From the NCBI GenBank assembly GCA_021782435.1, contig JAJXVA010000001.1, forward strand, positions 1 through 43,969: 43,969 nucleotides of DNA, in the 5' to 3' direction. The position numbers and the translations under genes are program-made. This document shows, in pieces, positions 1 through 10,529 of this stretch (position 1 is the first letter of the stretch; each line of letters opens with the position of its first letter). The DNA is from Pseudomonadota bacterium (GTDB lineage Bacteria > Pseudomonadota > Alphaproteobacteria > Acetobacterales > Acetobacteraceae). The notes under the pieces were generated by a model. It saw nothing but the letters and a program-made list of their open reading frames with translations, did no database searches and was not told the origin of the DNA.

Positions 1-1
1 T

Positions 2-805
2 GATGTGGGCGTTTCCTGCCACGCCGCCGACCGGCCCGACCTGCTCGTCCTGCCCGAAATGTGGACATGCCTCGGCGGCGGCCGGGCGAAAAAGTTCGCG
101 TCCGCGGAAATCCTGCCACGGTGCAACAGTTCCGATCCTCCGGGCCCCATCTATACTTTCCTGCGCGACACGGCAGCTAAATTCAGGGTTTTCCTGCATG
201 GTGGATCGATCGGCGAGAAACTCGCCGATAACACCGATCGCATAGCCAACACCACGCTGGTGTTCGGCCCGGACGGCCAGGAACTCGCCCGCTACCGCAA
301 AATTCATCTGTTCGATATCACCACACCGGATGGTCAGGGATACCGCGAAAGCAGCACCTATCACGCGGGGGAAACGCCAGCCACCTGCTCACTTGGCAAC
401 ATCACAGCCGGCCTTGCCATCTGCTATGATCTGCGCTTCGTCGAATTATTCCTCGCCCTGCGCCGCGCCGGAGCCGAACTCATTCTACTGCCCGCCGCGT
501 TTACCGCCCAGACCGGCCGCGACCACTGGGAACCATTACTGCGCGCCCGCGCCATCGAAACCCAAAGCTGGCTTGCCGCCGCCGCCACCACTGGCCCGTA
601 CATCGAAGAAACCCCCCGCGGTCCTGAAACCCGCTACACCTATGGCCACTCCCTGATCTGCGATCCCTGGGGCCATGTCGTGGCACGCGCCTCCGACGGG
701 CCAGGCTGGGCCACTGCCCGACTGGACCCGGCCCTCACCGCGCGCGTGCGCAACAACATGCCGATCGAGGCTCATCGCCGACCCGGATTGTTCACCGGCT
801 CATGA
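2..805 (+). CDS. carbon-nitrogen hydrolase (nitrilase/Nit superfamily), 5'-truncated by window edge
   Basis: The frame is open to the window edge. It shows the LVLPEMW (catalytic Glu region) and AICYDLRF (catalytic Cys region) motifs. About 35-40 N-terminal residues are expected upstream of the window. Confidence 0.8.
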   Translation, partial: DVGVSCHAADRPDLLVLPEMWTCLGGGRAKKFASAEILPRCNSSDPPGPIYTFLRDTAAKFRVFLHGGSIGEKLADNTDRIANTTLVFGPDGQELARYRKIHLFDITTPDGQGYRESSTYHAGETPATCSLGNITAGLAICYDLRFVELFLALRRAGAELILLPAAFTAQTGRDHWEPLLRARAIETQSWLAAAATTGPYIEETPRGPETRYTYGHSLICDPWGHVVARASDGPGWATARLDPALTARVRNNMPIEAHRRPGLFTGS

Positions 806-1602
806 GCGTTCCTGAACCGGGCAATATATGGCGCGATCCACATCCCATCGGTTTCGTCGCCGCACCGACCGACCTCGCCCAGCAAAGCCTGGCCAGGCTC
901 TCGGCGCGCTACGGCAACGCACCACGTTCCGTGGCCCGCACCCTCGTGTGTCTGGGCGGCGACGGCTTCATGCTGGAAACCCTGCACGGCTTGCTCGGCC
1001 GCTCTGAAACGCCGGTCTACGGTATGAATTGCGGTTCGGTCGGGTTTCTCATGAACGCCCATGCCGAGGACGGTCTGCCCGAACGTCTGGCTGCCGCGCA
1101 GGCCGCCATATTGCATCCCCTGCGCATGCACGCGGTTACCATGGGTGGCGCGGTGGAAGAGGCGCTGGCGCTGAACGAGGTCTCCCTGCTGCGCCAATTA
1201 CGTCAGGCGGCAAAAATCCGCATCAGTATCGATGGTCGCATCCGCCTGCCCGAACTGATCTGCGATGGCGTATTGATATCCACCCCTGCCGGATCCACAG
1301 CCTATAACCTTTCCGCGCATGGCCCCATCGTCCCTCTCTCCGCGAATTTATTGCCCCTGACCCCCATCAGCGCATTCCGCCCGCGGCGCTGGCGTGGCGC
1401 GTTGCTGCCCAGCACGTCAGATGTCCTGCTGGAAGTATTGGAACCGGAAAAGCGTCCCGTAGCCGCGGTCGCCGATTTCACTGAAGTCCGTGAAGTCGCA
1501 TCTGTAGCCGTATCCGAGGATCGGTCGATCTCGGTCCGCGTGCTGTTTGATCCGGACCAGGGACTTTCCGAACGGATCATCGCCGAGCAATTCCTGACCT
1601 GA
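802..1602 (+). CDS. nadK: NAD kinase
   Basis: GGDGFML and [17 protein letters not shown] motifs are present. ATGA start/stop overlap with the upstream gene at 802-805. Confidence 0.9.
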   Translation: MSVPEPGNIWRDPHPIGFVAAPTDLAQQSLARLSARYGNAPRSVARTLVCLGGDGFMLETLHGLLGRSETPVYGMNCGSVGFLMNAHAEDGLPERLAAAQAAILHPLRMHAVTMGGAVEEALALNEVSLLRQLRQAAKIRISIDGRIRLPELICDGVLISTPAGSTAYNLSAHGPIVPLSANLLPLTPISAFRPRRWRGALLPSTSDVLLEVLEPEKRPVAAVADFTEVREVASVAVSEDRSISVRVLFDPDQGLSERIIAEQFLT

Positions 1603-1665
1603 CGCGCCAGAATGCCGGCTCACTCGGTGCCGCCACGGCCCGAACCTGCAAACCCTACCGACCAA

Positions 1666-1698
1666 CCCGGTGGCTCGGAAAAACCCGTTGCCACCGGG
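1666..1698. terminator. GC-rich hairpin between convergent nadK and hydrolase genes
   Basis: Perfect 9-bp stem CCCGGTGGC / GCCACCGGG with a 15-nt A-rich loop. It sits in the 116-nt convergent spacer. No clear U-tract. Confidence 0.4.
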
Positions 1699-1718
1699 CG
1701 TCGGATAGTGAGGAAAGC

Positions 1719-2411
1719 CTAGCGCAAGGCGGCGGCCAGCGCCTTGGCCGTGCGTCCATGGGCGATGCGCGCGTGCAACCCGTCGTAATGCTGACCACCG
1801 ACCCGCGCAAATGCGTGATCCGCGCCCTCATACGACGAATGCTTGATCAACTTATGGTCCGCGACCGATGCTGCGAGCTTCTGGCGCCCGGATTCCGGAA
1901 AAAATCCATCGCTGCCCGCCACGTGCAGAAGAAGCGGCTTTCTGATCACCGACAGATCACCGATCAGGTTGTCGAGGCCTACCCCATAATAGGAAATATT
2001 GACGTCGGCATCCGAATGCAACGCCATCAGCATCGCCAGCCGGCCGCCGAGGCAGAATCCCATCGTCCCGGCCTTGCCATTTGCGCCCGGCATACGACGC
2101 GCAAACGCCAGCGTCGCCTTCAGGTCCGCGATACCGGTCGGTTGATCGAATTTATTGAGCAATTCCAGCGCCGTCTGAAAATCATTGGGCTTATGGTCAT
2201 CGAGATCGATGCCCTCGCCAAGACGCCAGAACAAATCAGGGGCCACTGCAATGAACCCCATATCCGCGACCATCTCGCACGTGGCACGTAGCGGACGATT
2301 GACGCCAAAAATCTCCTGAATGACCACCACCGCACCGCCACGCGGCTGGCTGGGCAGCGCAATGAAGGCCGGCATCGCGCCGTCAGCCAAGGGTATTGAT
2401 TGCATTGCCAT
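1719..2411 (-). CDS. dienelactone hydrolase family protein (alpha/beta hydrolase)
   Basis: Contains DLFWR, the nucleophile elbow GFCLGG and GADHAF near the C-terminus. I prefer the internal ATG at 2411 (MAMQSIPLADG...) over the 2480 start because the first 23 aa of the long ORF look non-protein-like. Confidence 0.8.
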   Translation of the reverse strand: MAMQSIPLADGAMPAFIALPSQPRGGAVVVIQEIFGVNRPLRATCEMVADMGFIAVAPDLFWRLGEGIDLDDHKPNDFQTALELLNKFDQPTGIADLKATLAFARRMPGANGKAGTMGFCLGGRLAMLMALHSDADVNISYYGVGLDNLIGDLSVIRKPLLLHVAGSDGFFPESGRQKLAASVADHKLIKHSSYEGADHAFARVGGQHYDGLHARIAHGRTAKALAAALR

Positions 2412-2569
2412 AGAATTACACCTCGTGTTGCAGGATATCGCCATCGTAGCCGGATTTCCGCCGAATAGACAGATCACCACCGATCGCGCGCGACGATATG
2501 GGGCCGCGACATCCCATTCGCGGTTCTATCGGGTCTCGCAATGCCCCTGCCACCCGGCAAAGAACCCCG

Positions 2570-3433
2570 TCAGCCGATCGGCGGCGAAACTTCCCGGTCA
2601 CGCTGCTTTTCAATGATCTGCAGAATGGCGGCCGCGGTTTCCTCGATCGACCGACGGGTCACATCGATGATCGGCCAACCACGGCGCGCGCACAGCCGCC
2701 GCGCCCATAAAAGCTCCGCGGCGACGATTTCGGGGTCGATATACGAGGACAAATCATGGCTCGCCCCCACCCCGCGTTGCGTCGCCCCCCCCATCAATTT
2801 CAAACGGTGCCGGCGAATTTCAATCAGCGAACGCGCATCGATGGTCAGCCCGACGATCGGGCAGAGCGCCTTGCCCAGGGCCTCGGGTTCCGGGGTGTTT
2901 GGCACCAGCGGAACATTGGCCGCCTTGATCCCGCGATTGGCCAGGTAAAAACAGGTGGGCGTCTTCGAACTCCGCGACACCCCCACCAGGCAAACATCCG
3001 CCTCGGCGAGCCCGGCCATGGCTTGCCCGTCATCATGCGCCAGCACGTAATGCATGGCATCGATACGGCGAAAGTAATCCGCGTCCAGCACATATTGTCG
3101 GCCCGGTCGCGCAACCGCCTGCTCCCCGATCTGGTCCTGCAACATCGCCATCGTGGGATCCAGTACATGGACCAGCGCCACCCCCACGCGCTGGCATGTG
3201 GTCTCGAGATCAGAGCGCAAACCCCGATCGAGCAACGTCGAAAGCACCGGCCCAGGCTCGGCCTCGATCCCTTCCAACACACGATGAAGCTGCAACCGGG
3301 TGCGCACCAGGCTCCAGCGATGGTACGTAATCTGGGTATGTTCGAATTGCGCCACCGCCGCGCGCGAGACCGAATTCAACGTCTCCCCCGTCGCATCAGA
3401 CACGAGATGAAGGTTGAGCCGGGCAAGGGTCAT
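2570..3433 (-). CDS. pyruvate,phosphate dikinase / PEP synthetase regulatory protein (DUF299, kinase/pyrophosphorylase; RP001 homologue)
   Basis: N-terminus is [19 protein letters not shown] and the P-loop-like motif is GVSRSSKTP. Start chosen at the ATG at 3433. The 83-aa upstream extension of the track ORF is Pro/Gly/Arg-rich and unlikely to be coding. Confidence 0.85.
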   Translation of the reverse strand: MTLARLNLHLVSDATGETLNSVSRAAVAQFEHTQITYHRWSLVRTRLQLHRVLEGIEAEPGPVLSTLLDRGLRSDLETTCQRVGVALVHVLDPTMAMLQDQIGEQAVARPGRQYVLDADYFRRIDAMHYVLAHDDGQAMAGLAEADVCLVGVSRSSKTPTCFYLANRGIKAANVPLVPNTPEPEALGKALCPIVGLTIDARSLIEIRRHRLKLMGGATQRGVGASHDLSSYIDPEIVAAELLWARRLCARRGWPIIDVTRRSIEETAAAILQIIEKQRDREVSPPIG

Positions 3434-3730
3434 GGCCTGTGGATTATGGGGAAAGCCGGGAAACTCGCAACCATCCCCGCCCGGCCTGGGGATATGCGGG
3501 AAAACCCCGATCCCCGCCGTCAGGTCACCCGCGATCGCCGGACAAGCTGTGAAGCCTGGGGATAAAAAGCCAGCGCGCTGATAAGCCGATGTTTCTTCCG
3601 GCTCCCGGATGGGAATAGTCCGGGGTCTGATCCGGGCGGAACGGGGTACCCCGACATTCCCTCCCCATACTACCCTATCCAAATAACTTCTTCTAAATGA
3701 GAGGGAAGGAAAGCCGGAGAACGAAAGCGG
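3434..3730. other. candidate chromosomal replication origin (oriC) / divergent promoter region
   Basis: Spacer between the DUF299 gene and hemE. Five ATCC(A/C)C-core DnaA-box-like motifs are present: TAATCCACA (3438-3446, bottom strand), ATCCCCGCC (3473-3481 and 3510-3518), ATATCCCCA (3487-3495, bottom strand) and TTATCCCCA (3557-3565, bottom strand). The AT-richest stretch of the neighbourhood lies at 3675-3700. Confidence 0.35.
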
Positions 3731-4759
3731 ATGACGGTCAAGCCACTTCTGAGGGCCTTGAGCGGTGAGACGGTTTGGCCGCCACCGGTCTGGTTGATGC
3801 GGCAGGCCGGACGCTATCTCCCGGAATATCGGGCCATTAGAGAAAAGTTTCCTGATTTTGTCGCCATGTGCGTAACCCCCGAAGCCGCGGCCGAAGTCAC
3901 GCTGCAGCCGGTCCGGCGGTTCGGCATGGATGCCGCCATTTTGTTCAGCGATATTCTGATCCTGCCCTGGGCACTGGGTTGGGATTTACGCTTCAGCCAC
4001 GGTGAAGGACCCGTCCTCGCCCGATGGCAGAGCGAACACGACACATCGCGCCTGAACTCTGCTCTCGCCCCCTCGCGCTACGCCCCGGTGATGGAAACGG
4101 TGCGCCTCGTCGCCTCGGCGCTGGCCCCCGCCCAGGCCCTCATCGGTTTCGCGGGCGGCCCGTTCACGGTCGCCTGTTACATGGTCGAAGGGGGTGGCTC
4201 GCCCGACCACGCCGCCACACGAACCGCCGCTCTCGCCGATCCTGAAGGGTTTTCCGGCCTGGTGGCGGCCTTGACAGAAGCCACGATAGCCTATCTGGCC
4301 GCACAGATAGAAGCAGGCGCCGATGTCGTGATGATCTTTGATAGCTGGGCGGGCGTGCTGCCGCCGAGCCTGTTCGACCGCTACGTCAGCCAGCCCACCC
4401 GTCGCATCGTCAACGGCCTGCGCGCGCTCGGTCACAAGACGCCGGTGATAGGCTTCCCGAGGCTGGCGGGGTCGCTGGTGGCCACGTACGCGGGCCATAC
4501 CGGTGTGGCTGCTGTCGGCGTCGATACCGGCACCTCGGTGCGCCATGTGCGCCGGGATCTGCCGTCCGGCATCGCCATCCAGGGTAACCTCGACCCCATG
4601 GCGCTCAAGGTTGGCGGTGCCGCCCTCACGCGCGAAGCCGCCTTCGTCCTCGACCAACTCTCCGGGGGGCCGGCCATCTTCAACCTCGGGCACGGAATCG
4701 TCCCGCAAACCCCACCCCAGCACGTCGCGGATCTCGTCACGCAACTCCGATCCGTCTGA
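3731..4759 (+). CDS. hemE: uroporphyrinogen decarboxylase
   Basis: [17 protein letters not shown] signature; 342 aa full length; GGAG-type RBS upstream. Confidence 0.95.
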   Translation: MTVKPLLRALSGETVWPPPVWLMRQAGRYLPEYRAIREKFPDFVAMCVTPEAAAEVTLQPVRRFGMDAAILFSDILILPWALGWDLRFSHGEGPVLARWQSEHDTSRLNSALAPSRYAPVMETVRLVASALAPAQALIGFAGGPFTVACYMVEGGGSPDHAATRTAALADPEGFSGLVAALTEATIAYLAAQIEAGADVVMIFDSWAGVLPPSLFDRYVSQPTRRIVNGLRALGHKTPVIGFPRLAGSLVATYAGHTGVAAVGVDTGTSVRHVRRDLPSGIAIQGNLDPMALKVGGAALTREAAFVLDQLSGGPAIFNLGHGIVPQTPPQHVADLVTQLRSV

Positions 4760-4763
4760 AATA

Positions 4764-5852
4764 ATGGACGTAGTTTCCCCTGAAGCACCCGGTGTCCGGC
4801 CTCGTCTGGCGATCGTGCTGTTCAATCTGGGCGGTCCCGACCGTCTGGAATCGGTCAAGCCGTTCCTGGTCAATCTGTTCACCGATCCCGCCATCCTGCG
4901 GGTACCCGCCCTGATCCGCCCGTTCCTGGCCCGGTTGATCGCCTGGCGCCGGGTGAAGCCCGCGACCGAAAATTATCGCATCCTGGGCGGTGGGTCGCCG
5001 CTTCTGCAACTCACCCGCGACCAAGCTCGCGCCCTCGAGCAAGCCTTGCCGGAGTATGAGGCGCGCTGCTTCATCGCCATGCGCTACTGGCATCCCTTCG
5101 CCCATGAAGCCGTCCGCGATGTCGCGGCCTTCCATCCTGACGAGGTCGTCCTGCTGCCGCTCTACCCGCAATTCTCGACCACCACGACCGGCAGCAGCGT
5201 CACCGATTGGGCGGAGTGCGCGCGCCGCTATAAGCTACCGGAAACCACCCTGATCTGTTGCTACCCCGAGGATCCCGGCTTCATCGCCGCGACCGCTGCC
5301 CTGGTTCGGCAATGGGTCGATCAGGCCCGGGCAACACTTGCGCAATCCCGTCCCGATACGGGTCTGCGGGTCTTGTTCTCAGCCCATGGGCTACCCCAGG
5401 TGATCGTCGATCGTGGCGACCCATACCAGTACCAGGTGGAACAATCCGCCGACAAGATCGCGGCCATGGCTGGGTTGTCGGCCAGCGAGTGGCGGGTCTG
5501 CTACCAATCCCGCGCCACACCGCAAAAATGGCTCGATCCCAGCATCGAGGCGGAACTGCGCCGCGCCGCCGACGATAAGCAGGCCGTGGTGATCGTTCCC
5601 ATCGCATTCGTCTCCGAGCACTCGGAAACCCTGGTCGAGCTCGATGTGGAATACCGGGAATTGGCCGAGACGCTCGGCCTGCCCGGTTATTTCCGGGTGC
5701 CCACGCAAAACAGTGATGCCCGTTTCATCGCCGCTCTGGCCGATCTGATCCGCCATCGCCACCCTGGTGACCCGACCCAGCCGCGCCTCCCCTGCCCCGG
5801 CCGGTTCGGTGAGTGTCCCTGGCGGCGCGGCTGCGCCTATCCCCTGGCATGA
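4764..5852 (+). CDS. hemH: ferrochelatase
   Basis: LFNLGGPD, ENYRILGGGSPL and the FVSEHSETLVELD motif are present. Start set at the ATG at 4764, just after the hemE stop. The 87 aa before it in the track ORF overlap hemE and are rejected. Confidence 0.9.
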   Translation: MDVVSPEAPGVRPRLAIVLFNLGGPDRLESVKPFLVNLFTDPAILRVPALIRPFLARLIAWRRVKPATENYRILGGGSPLLQLTRDQARALEQALPEYEARCFIAMRYWHPFAHEAVRDVAAFHPDEVVLLPLYPQFSTTTTGSSVTDWAECARRYKLPETTLICCYPEDPGFIAATAALVRQWVDQARATLAQSRPDTGLRVLFSAHGLPQVIVDRGDPYQYQVEQSADKIAAMAGLSASEWRVCYQSRATPQKWLDPSIEAELRRAADDKQAVVIVPIAFVSEHSETLVELDVEYRELAETLGLPGYFRVPTQNSDARFIAALADLIRHRHPGDPTQPRLPCPGRFGECPWRRGCAYPLA

Positions 5853-6075
5853 CCAAGCCCCGGTCGAACCCGCCAGCACCTTCGCGCGGCACCTGTTGTG
5901 ACGGTGGACCGGGCACCGTCCTCCGCCTCGCTTGACGCTTGACTGGAAAACCAGCATTGACCATGTGATAGCGGTCACGCACCCGCGGCCCTGGCCGGGC
6001 ATCCTTCCCCGCGCCGGCCTCGGGTTCAGATAGGGTTCCGACCGGGCGCTGTCATTCAGCCGCTATCCTCGGGGC

Positions 6076-6113
6076 TGTCTCTTCTCACTTCCCTCCCTCG
6101 TTATCTTCTGCCG
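6076..6113 (+). promoter_or_regulatory. C/U-rich, G-poor tract in the rho 5' leader (rut-like)
   Basis: The 38-nt tract ctgtctcttctcacttccctccctcgttatcttctgcc has very few G in a genome that is otherwise G-rich. It lies directly upstream of the rho RBS. Confidence 0.3.
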
Positions 6114-6125
6114 AAAGGCATTCTG

Positions 6126-7400
6126 ATGCACCTCGCCGAACTCAAGGCCAAGTCTCCCGCCGATCTCCTGGCCTTGGCTGAATCTCTGCAAATCGAGAAC
6201 GCGTCATCGCTGCGCAAGCAGGATATGATGTTCGCCATCCTCAAGACGATGGCCGATAATGACCAGGCCATTTATGGCGAAGGCACTCTCGAAATATTGT
6301 CCGACGGCTTCGGTTTCCTGCGCAGCCCGCAGGCCAATTACCTGCCCGGACCCGACGATATCTATATCAGCCCGAGCCAGGTCCGCCGCTTCGCCCTGCG
6401 CACCGGAGATACCGTCGAGGGACAGATCCGTGCGCCCAAGGACGGAGAGCGGTATTTCGCGCTGCTCAAGGTCGATACCATAAATTTCGAGCCGCCCGAC
6501 GCCGTGCGCCACCGGATAAACTTCGACAACCTCACGCCGCTCTACCCCGATCAGCGGCTCAAGATGGAAGTCGAGAATTTCCAGTCCGTCGCGAAAGGTC
6601 CGGGCAAGGACATGACGCCGCGCGTCATCGATCTGATCGCCCCGATCGGCAAAGGTCAGCGCGCCCTGATCGTGGCGCCGCCGCGCACCGGCAAAACGGT
6701 CATGTTGCAGAACATCGCCTACGCGCTTGCGGAAAATCACCCTGAGTGCTTCCTGATCGTTCTCCTGATCGATGAGCGCCCCGAGGAAGTGACCGATATG
6801 GCGCGCAGCGTGAAGGGCGAGGTCGTCGCCTCGACCTTCGATGAGCCAGCGACCCGGCATGTCCAGGTAACCGAAATGGTGCTGGAAAAAGCCAAGCGCC
6901 TGGTCGAACACAAGCGCGACGTGGTAATTCTCCTGGATTCGATCACCCGTCTTGCGCGCGCCTACAACACGGTGGTGCCATCATCGGGCAAGGTCCTGAC
7001 CGGCGGCGTGGATGCCAACGCGCTGCAGCGCCCCAAGCGCTTTTTCGGTGCCGCGCGCAATATCGAGGAGGGGGGCAGTCTGACGATCATCGCAACGGCC
7101 CTGATCGATACGGGCAGCCGGATGGACGAGGTGATCTTCGAAGAATTCAAGGGAACCGGCAATTCCGAGTTGATCCTGGACCGCAAGCTCTCCGACAAGC
7201 GCACCTTCCCCGCGATCGACATCACGAAGTCCGGCACGCGCAAGGAAGAACTCCTGGTCGACAAGGCCGCGCTCACCAAAATGTGGGTTCTGCGGCGCAT
7301 CCTGAACCCGATGGGTACCACAGATGCCATGGACTTCCTGCTCGATAAGCTGAAATACAGCAAGACGAACAATGATTTCTTCGACGCCATGAATACGTGA
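6126..7400 (+). CDS. rho: transcription termination factor Rho
   Basis: N-terminal [18 protein letters not shown]-binding domain GFGFLR, Walker A PPRTGKT; 424 aa. Confidence 0.97.
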   Translation: MHLAELKAKSPADLLALAESLQIENASSLRKQDMMFAILKTMADNDQAIYGEGTLEILSDGFGFLRSPQANYLPGPDDIYISPSQVRRFALRTGDTVEGQIRAPKDGERYFALLKVDTINFEPPDAVRHRINFDNLTPLYPDQRLKMEVENFQSVAKGPGKDMTPRVIDLIAPIGKGQRALIVAPPRTGKTVMLQNIAYALAENHPECFLIVLLIDERPEEVTDMARSVKGEVVASTFDEPATRHVQVTEMVLEKAKRLVEHKRDVVILLDSITRLARAYNTVVPSSGKVLTGGVDANALQRPKRFFGAARNIEEGGSLTIIATALIDTGSRMDEVIFEEFKGTGNSELILDRKLSDKRTFPAIDITKSGTRKEELLVDKAALTKMWVLRRILNPMGTTDAMDFLLDKLKYSKTNNDFFDAMNT

Positions 7401-7464
7401 TCGATCCACCCGACTGTACACGACAGCCAAGCCCAAACCCGGCATGCACAGGGAACCAGTCCTG

Positions 7465-8751
7465 ATGGATTACAAGGTCGCCGACATCGGTCTCGCTGAC
7501 TGGGGTCGCAAGGAAATCTCGATCGCCGAAGACGAAATGCCTGGCTTGATGGCACTGCGGGCCGAATATGGCAGGCAAAAACCCCTGGCCGGCGCCCGTA
7601 TCGCCGGCTGCCTGCACATGACCATCCAGACCGCGGTCCTGATCGAAACCCTGCAAGCACTCGGCGCCAGCGTGCGGTGGTCCTCCTGCAATATTTTCTC
7701 GACCCAGGACCATGCGGCGGCCGCGATCGCGGCCGCAAGCGTTCCGGTCTTTGCCTGGAAAGGCATGGACGAGGACGAATTCTGGTGGTGTATCGAACAG
7801 ACCATAACCGGCCCCGATGGCTGGACGCCGAACATGATCCTCGATGATGGCGGCGACCTGACCCAGCTCATGCACCGGAAATATCCCGAGATGCTGACGA
7901 ATATCCGGGGTTTATCCGAGGAAACCACGACCGGGGTGCATCGCCTGCGGGAAATGGCGGCCGCCGGCCAGCTGATGGTCCCCGCGATCAATGTCAATGA
8001 CAGCGTCACCAAGTCCAAGTTCGATAATCTTTATGGATGTCGCGAAAGCCTGGTGGACGCCATTCGTCGCGGCACCGACGTCATGATGGCCGGCAAGGTC
8101 GCCACGGTGTGCGGCTTCGGCGACGTCGGCAAAGGGTCGGCGGCGAGTCTGCGCCAGGCCGGATGCCGGGTTATGGTGACCGAGGTCGATCCGATCTGCG
8201 CGCTGCAGGCGGCCATGGAAGGCTACGAGGTCGTCACCATGGAGGACGCCGCGCCACGGTCCGACATCTTCGTCACGGCGACCGGCAATATCGACGTCAT
8301 CACCATCGAGCACCTGCGGGCCATGAAGAACCGCGCCATCGTCTGCAATATCGGCCATTTCGACAGTGAAATCCAGATTGCCGCCCTTCGGAATTATGTC
8401 TGGGAGAACGTAAAGCCTCAGGTCGATGAAGTCGTTTTCCCCAACGGCAAACGTCTGATCGTCCTGTCCGAGGGCCGCCTGGTCAATCTCGGCAATGCGA
8501 CCGGCCATCCGAGCTTCGTCATGAGCGCGAGTTTCACCAACCAGGTTCTGGCGCAGATCGAATTGTTCACCGCCCCTGAAGGCAGGTATGAACGCAAAGT
8601 CTATACGCTGCCCCGCCACCTCGACGAGAAAGTCGCGGCGCTGCATCTGGCCAAGGTCGGTGCCAAACTCACCACCTTGTCGGCGGCTCAGGCGGGCTAT
8701 ATCGGCGTCCCCCGGTCCGGCCCGTTCAAGCACGAGCAATATCGCTACTGA
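7465..8751 (+). CDS. ahcY: adenosylhomocysteinase
   Basis: Contains [26 protein letters not shown] (NAD site) and C-terminal KHEQYRY. ATG at 7465 is preferred over 7444. Confidence 0.95.
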   Translation: MDYKVADIGLADWGRKEISIAEDEMPGLMALRAEYGRQKPLAGARIAGCLHMTIQTAVLIETLQALGASVRWSSCNIFSTQDHAAAAIAAASVPVFAWKGMDEDEFWWCIEQTITGPDGWTPNMILDDGGDLTQLMHRKYPEMLTNIRGLSEETTTGVHRLREMAAAGQLMVPAINVNDSVTKSKFDNLYGCRESLVDAIRRGTDVMMAGKVATVCGFGDVGKGSAASLRQAGCRVMVTEVDPICALQAAMEGYEVVTMEDAAPRSDIFVTATGNIDVITIEHLRAMKNRAIVCNIGHFDSEIQIAALRNYVWENVKPQVDEVVFPNGKRLIVLSEGRLVNLGNATGHPSFVMSASFTNQVLAQIELFTAPEGRYERKVYTLPRHLDEKVAALHLAKVGAKLTTLSAAQAGYIGVPRSGPFKHEQYRY

Positions 8752-8793
8752 TCCGGATCATCACGGGACCCGAGTCCCGTCAAAGGCAGACAC

Positions 8794-9426
8794 ATGCAAT
8801 TACTTCTGGGGTCTCGCCGGTATTCGTCCTGGTCCCTGCGTGGCTGGCTGGCCGTGCGGATGGCCGGGCTGCCCGCCCAGGAAACGGTCGTCCCGCTGGC
8901 CGACGGGGTCACCGCCGAATTGGCGCGGCAATCGCCAACGGGTCTGGTCCCGGTGCTGAAACTGAAAGACGTCACGATCTGGGATAGTCTCGCGATCGCC
9001 GAATATTGCGCCGAACACACCCCCACGCTCTGGCCACAGGATCAAGCCCGGCGGGCGGTGGCCCGTGCCGTCGCCGCCGAAATGCATGCCGGTTTCGCCG
9101 CGCTGCGGCGGGAATTTCCAATGAGCCTGACCCGTGCCCCCCTGGAAAGACAGCCCTCGGCGGCCGCGGCGGCGGATATCCAGCGCATCGAGCAGGTCTG
9201 GCACGATTGCCTCAAGGCCGGCGGACCCTTTCTGTTCGGCGATGCCCCCACCATACCGGATATCCTATACGCCCCGGTGGTGACGCGGTTCCTGACCTAC
9301 CAGGTGCGGCTCTCCAACCGCGCGGCCGGATATTGCCAGTCCATCCGGTCCTGGGATCTCATGCAACTGTGGTACGATCTCGCCGCGGCAGAGCCCGAGG
9401 GCTGGAGACTAGCCAAATACGAATGA
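8794..9426 (+). CDS. glutathione S-transferase family protein
   Basis: The N-terminal thioredoxin-like part (SSWSLRGWL, VPVL...IWDSLAIAEY) and the helical C-terminal domain are typical of small bacterial GSTs. Confidence 0.75.
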   Translation: MQLLLGSRRYSSWSLRGWLAVRMAGLPAQETVVPLADGVTAELARQSPTGLVPVLKLKDVTIWDSLAIAEYCAEHTPTLWPQDQARRAVARAVAAEMHAGFAALRREFPMSLTRAPLERQPSAAAAADIQRIEQVWHDCLKAGGPFLFGDAPTIPDILYAPVVTRFLTYQVRLSNRAAGYCQSIRSWDLMQLWYDLAAAEPEGWRLAKYE

Positions 9427-10529
9427 CGCCACATCCCGTCGATGTCGCGGTCGTGCTGCCAGCCGGGGAACGCTTTTCCCCCACCGCGGCCGGCGCGATA
9501 GCGCTGCTGGTGTACCGGACCACCAGGCGTCCCGCCGATCATTCCTGCGTCGTGGTTGGCACCGAATGTGCGGCCCCCTTCCAGAACGTTCCGTTTCTCG
9601 GGATCACCGAGCGCCGCCTGCCGGTTCGCGCCGCCTGGCGCTACGCGTTCGCCATAGCGCGCGCACTTCCCGTGCCACGGTTGATCGAGGTGCATAACCG
9701 CGCCGATGTCGCGCTCGCCCTGTCGCGCCTTTTTCCATCGGTGCCGGTCACCCTGTTCTGCCACAATGACCCCTTGTCCATGCGCGGCATGCGAACCCAT
9801 CGCGCGCGGATACGCGCGCTGAAACGGCTGTATGCCGTCGCCGGAGTTTCCCGCTTCATCATCGAACCCCTGCGGTCCACCCTGCCGCACGCCGATCCGG
9901 TGGTTATTCCAAACGGTATCGATCCCGTCACGGACGTGCCGGCGGAGGCGGCGCGCGAAAAGCTCATCATGTTTGCCGGGCGCATGGTCGGGAATAAAGG
10001 TGCTGATGCGTTTGTCGAGGCCTGCGCGCGCGCCCTGCCGCAACTCCCGGGCTGGCGCGCCGAAATGATCGGTGCCGATCGGTTCGGCCACGACAGCCCC
10101 GAGACGGAATTCCTTGGCCGGCTTCGTCCACGGGCCGCGGCGGCGGGTGTCAGCCTGCTGGGGTTCTTGCCGCATGACGCGGTCATGGCGGCCATGCGGC
10201 GCGCGGCGATCGTCGCCGTTCCCAGTCGTTGGGCCGAGCCGTTCGGTCTCACCGCCCTCGAGGCGATGGCGAGTGGCGCGGCCCTGGTCAGCTCGCGTCG
10301 CGGCGGCCTTGCCGAACTGGTCGATGATGCCGCGGAAATCTGCGATCCGGACGATATTCCCGGCTTTTCCGCGATCCTCACCCGCCTCGCGAACGATGAA
10401 GCCTTGCGCCGGAATCTCGCCCGCGCGGGCGTGGTCCGAGCGTCTCACTACACCACAGAGCGCATGGCGGCCGGACTTTGGGCCTGGCGCGGGCGCGCTC
10501 TGAACCGACATGATCAGGAGGCGATATAA
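9423..10529 (+). CDS. glycosyltransferase family 1/4 (GT-B)
   Basis: C-terminal EPFGLTALEAMASGAALV motif. Start at the ATG at 9423, overlapping the GST stop as ATGA. The upstream 139 aa of the track ORF overlap GST and are rejected. Confidence 0.8.
   Translation: MTPHPVDVAVVLPAGERFSPTAAGAIALLVYRTTRRPADHSCVVVGTECAAPFQNVPFLGITERRLPVRAAWRYAFAIARALPVPRLIEVHNRADVALALSRLFPSVPVTLFCHNDPLSMRGMRTHRARIRALKRLYAVAGVSRFIIEPLRSTLPHADPVVIPNGIDPVTDVPAEAAREKLIMFAGRMVGNKGADAFVEACARALPQLPGWRAEMIGADRFGHDSPETEFLGRLRPRAAAAGVSLLGFLPHDAVMAAMRRAAIVAVPSRWAEPFGLTALEAMASGAALVSSRRGGLAELVDDAAEICDPDDIPGFSAILTRLANDEALRRNLARAGVVRASHYTTERMAAGLWAWRGRALNRHDQEAI

Noticed and set aside
4503-4763. N-terminal extensions offered by the ORF track for hemH (4503), GT1 (9006), bamD (39403), GT2 (40515), PDRP (3682), aldolase (29165) and dnaN (14924)
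   Set aside because: Each extension overlaps the preceding real gene or is Pro/Arg/Gly-rich. An internal start also gives the canonical family N-terminus, such as a lipobox or signal peptide, and often an ATGA coupling. Coordinates are given here for the hemH case only.
7401-7464. Possible SAH riboswitch upstream of ahcY
   Set aside because: Only 64 nt separate rho and ahcY. I could not find the conserved SAH-riboswitch pseudoknot core. A covariance-model scan (Rfam SAH_riboswitch) would settle it.
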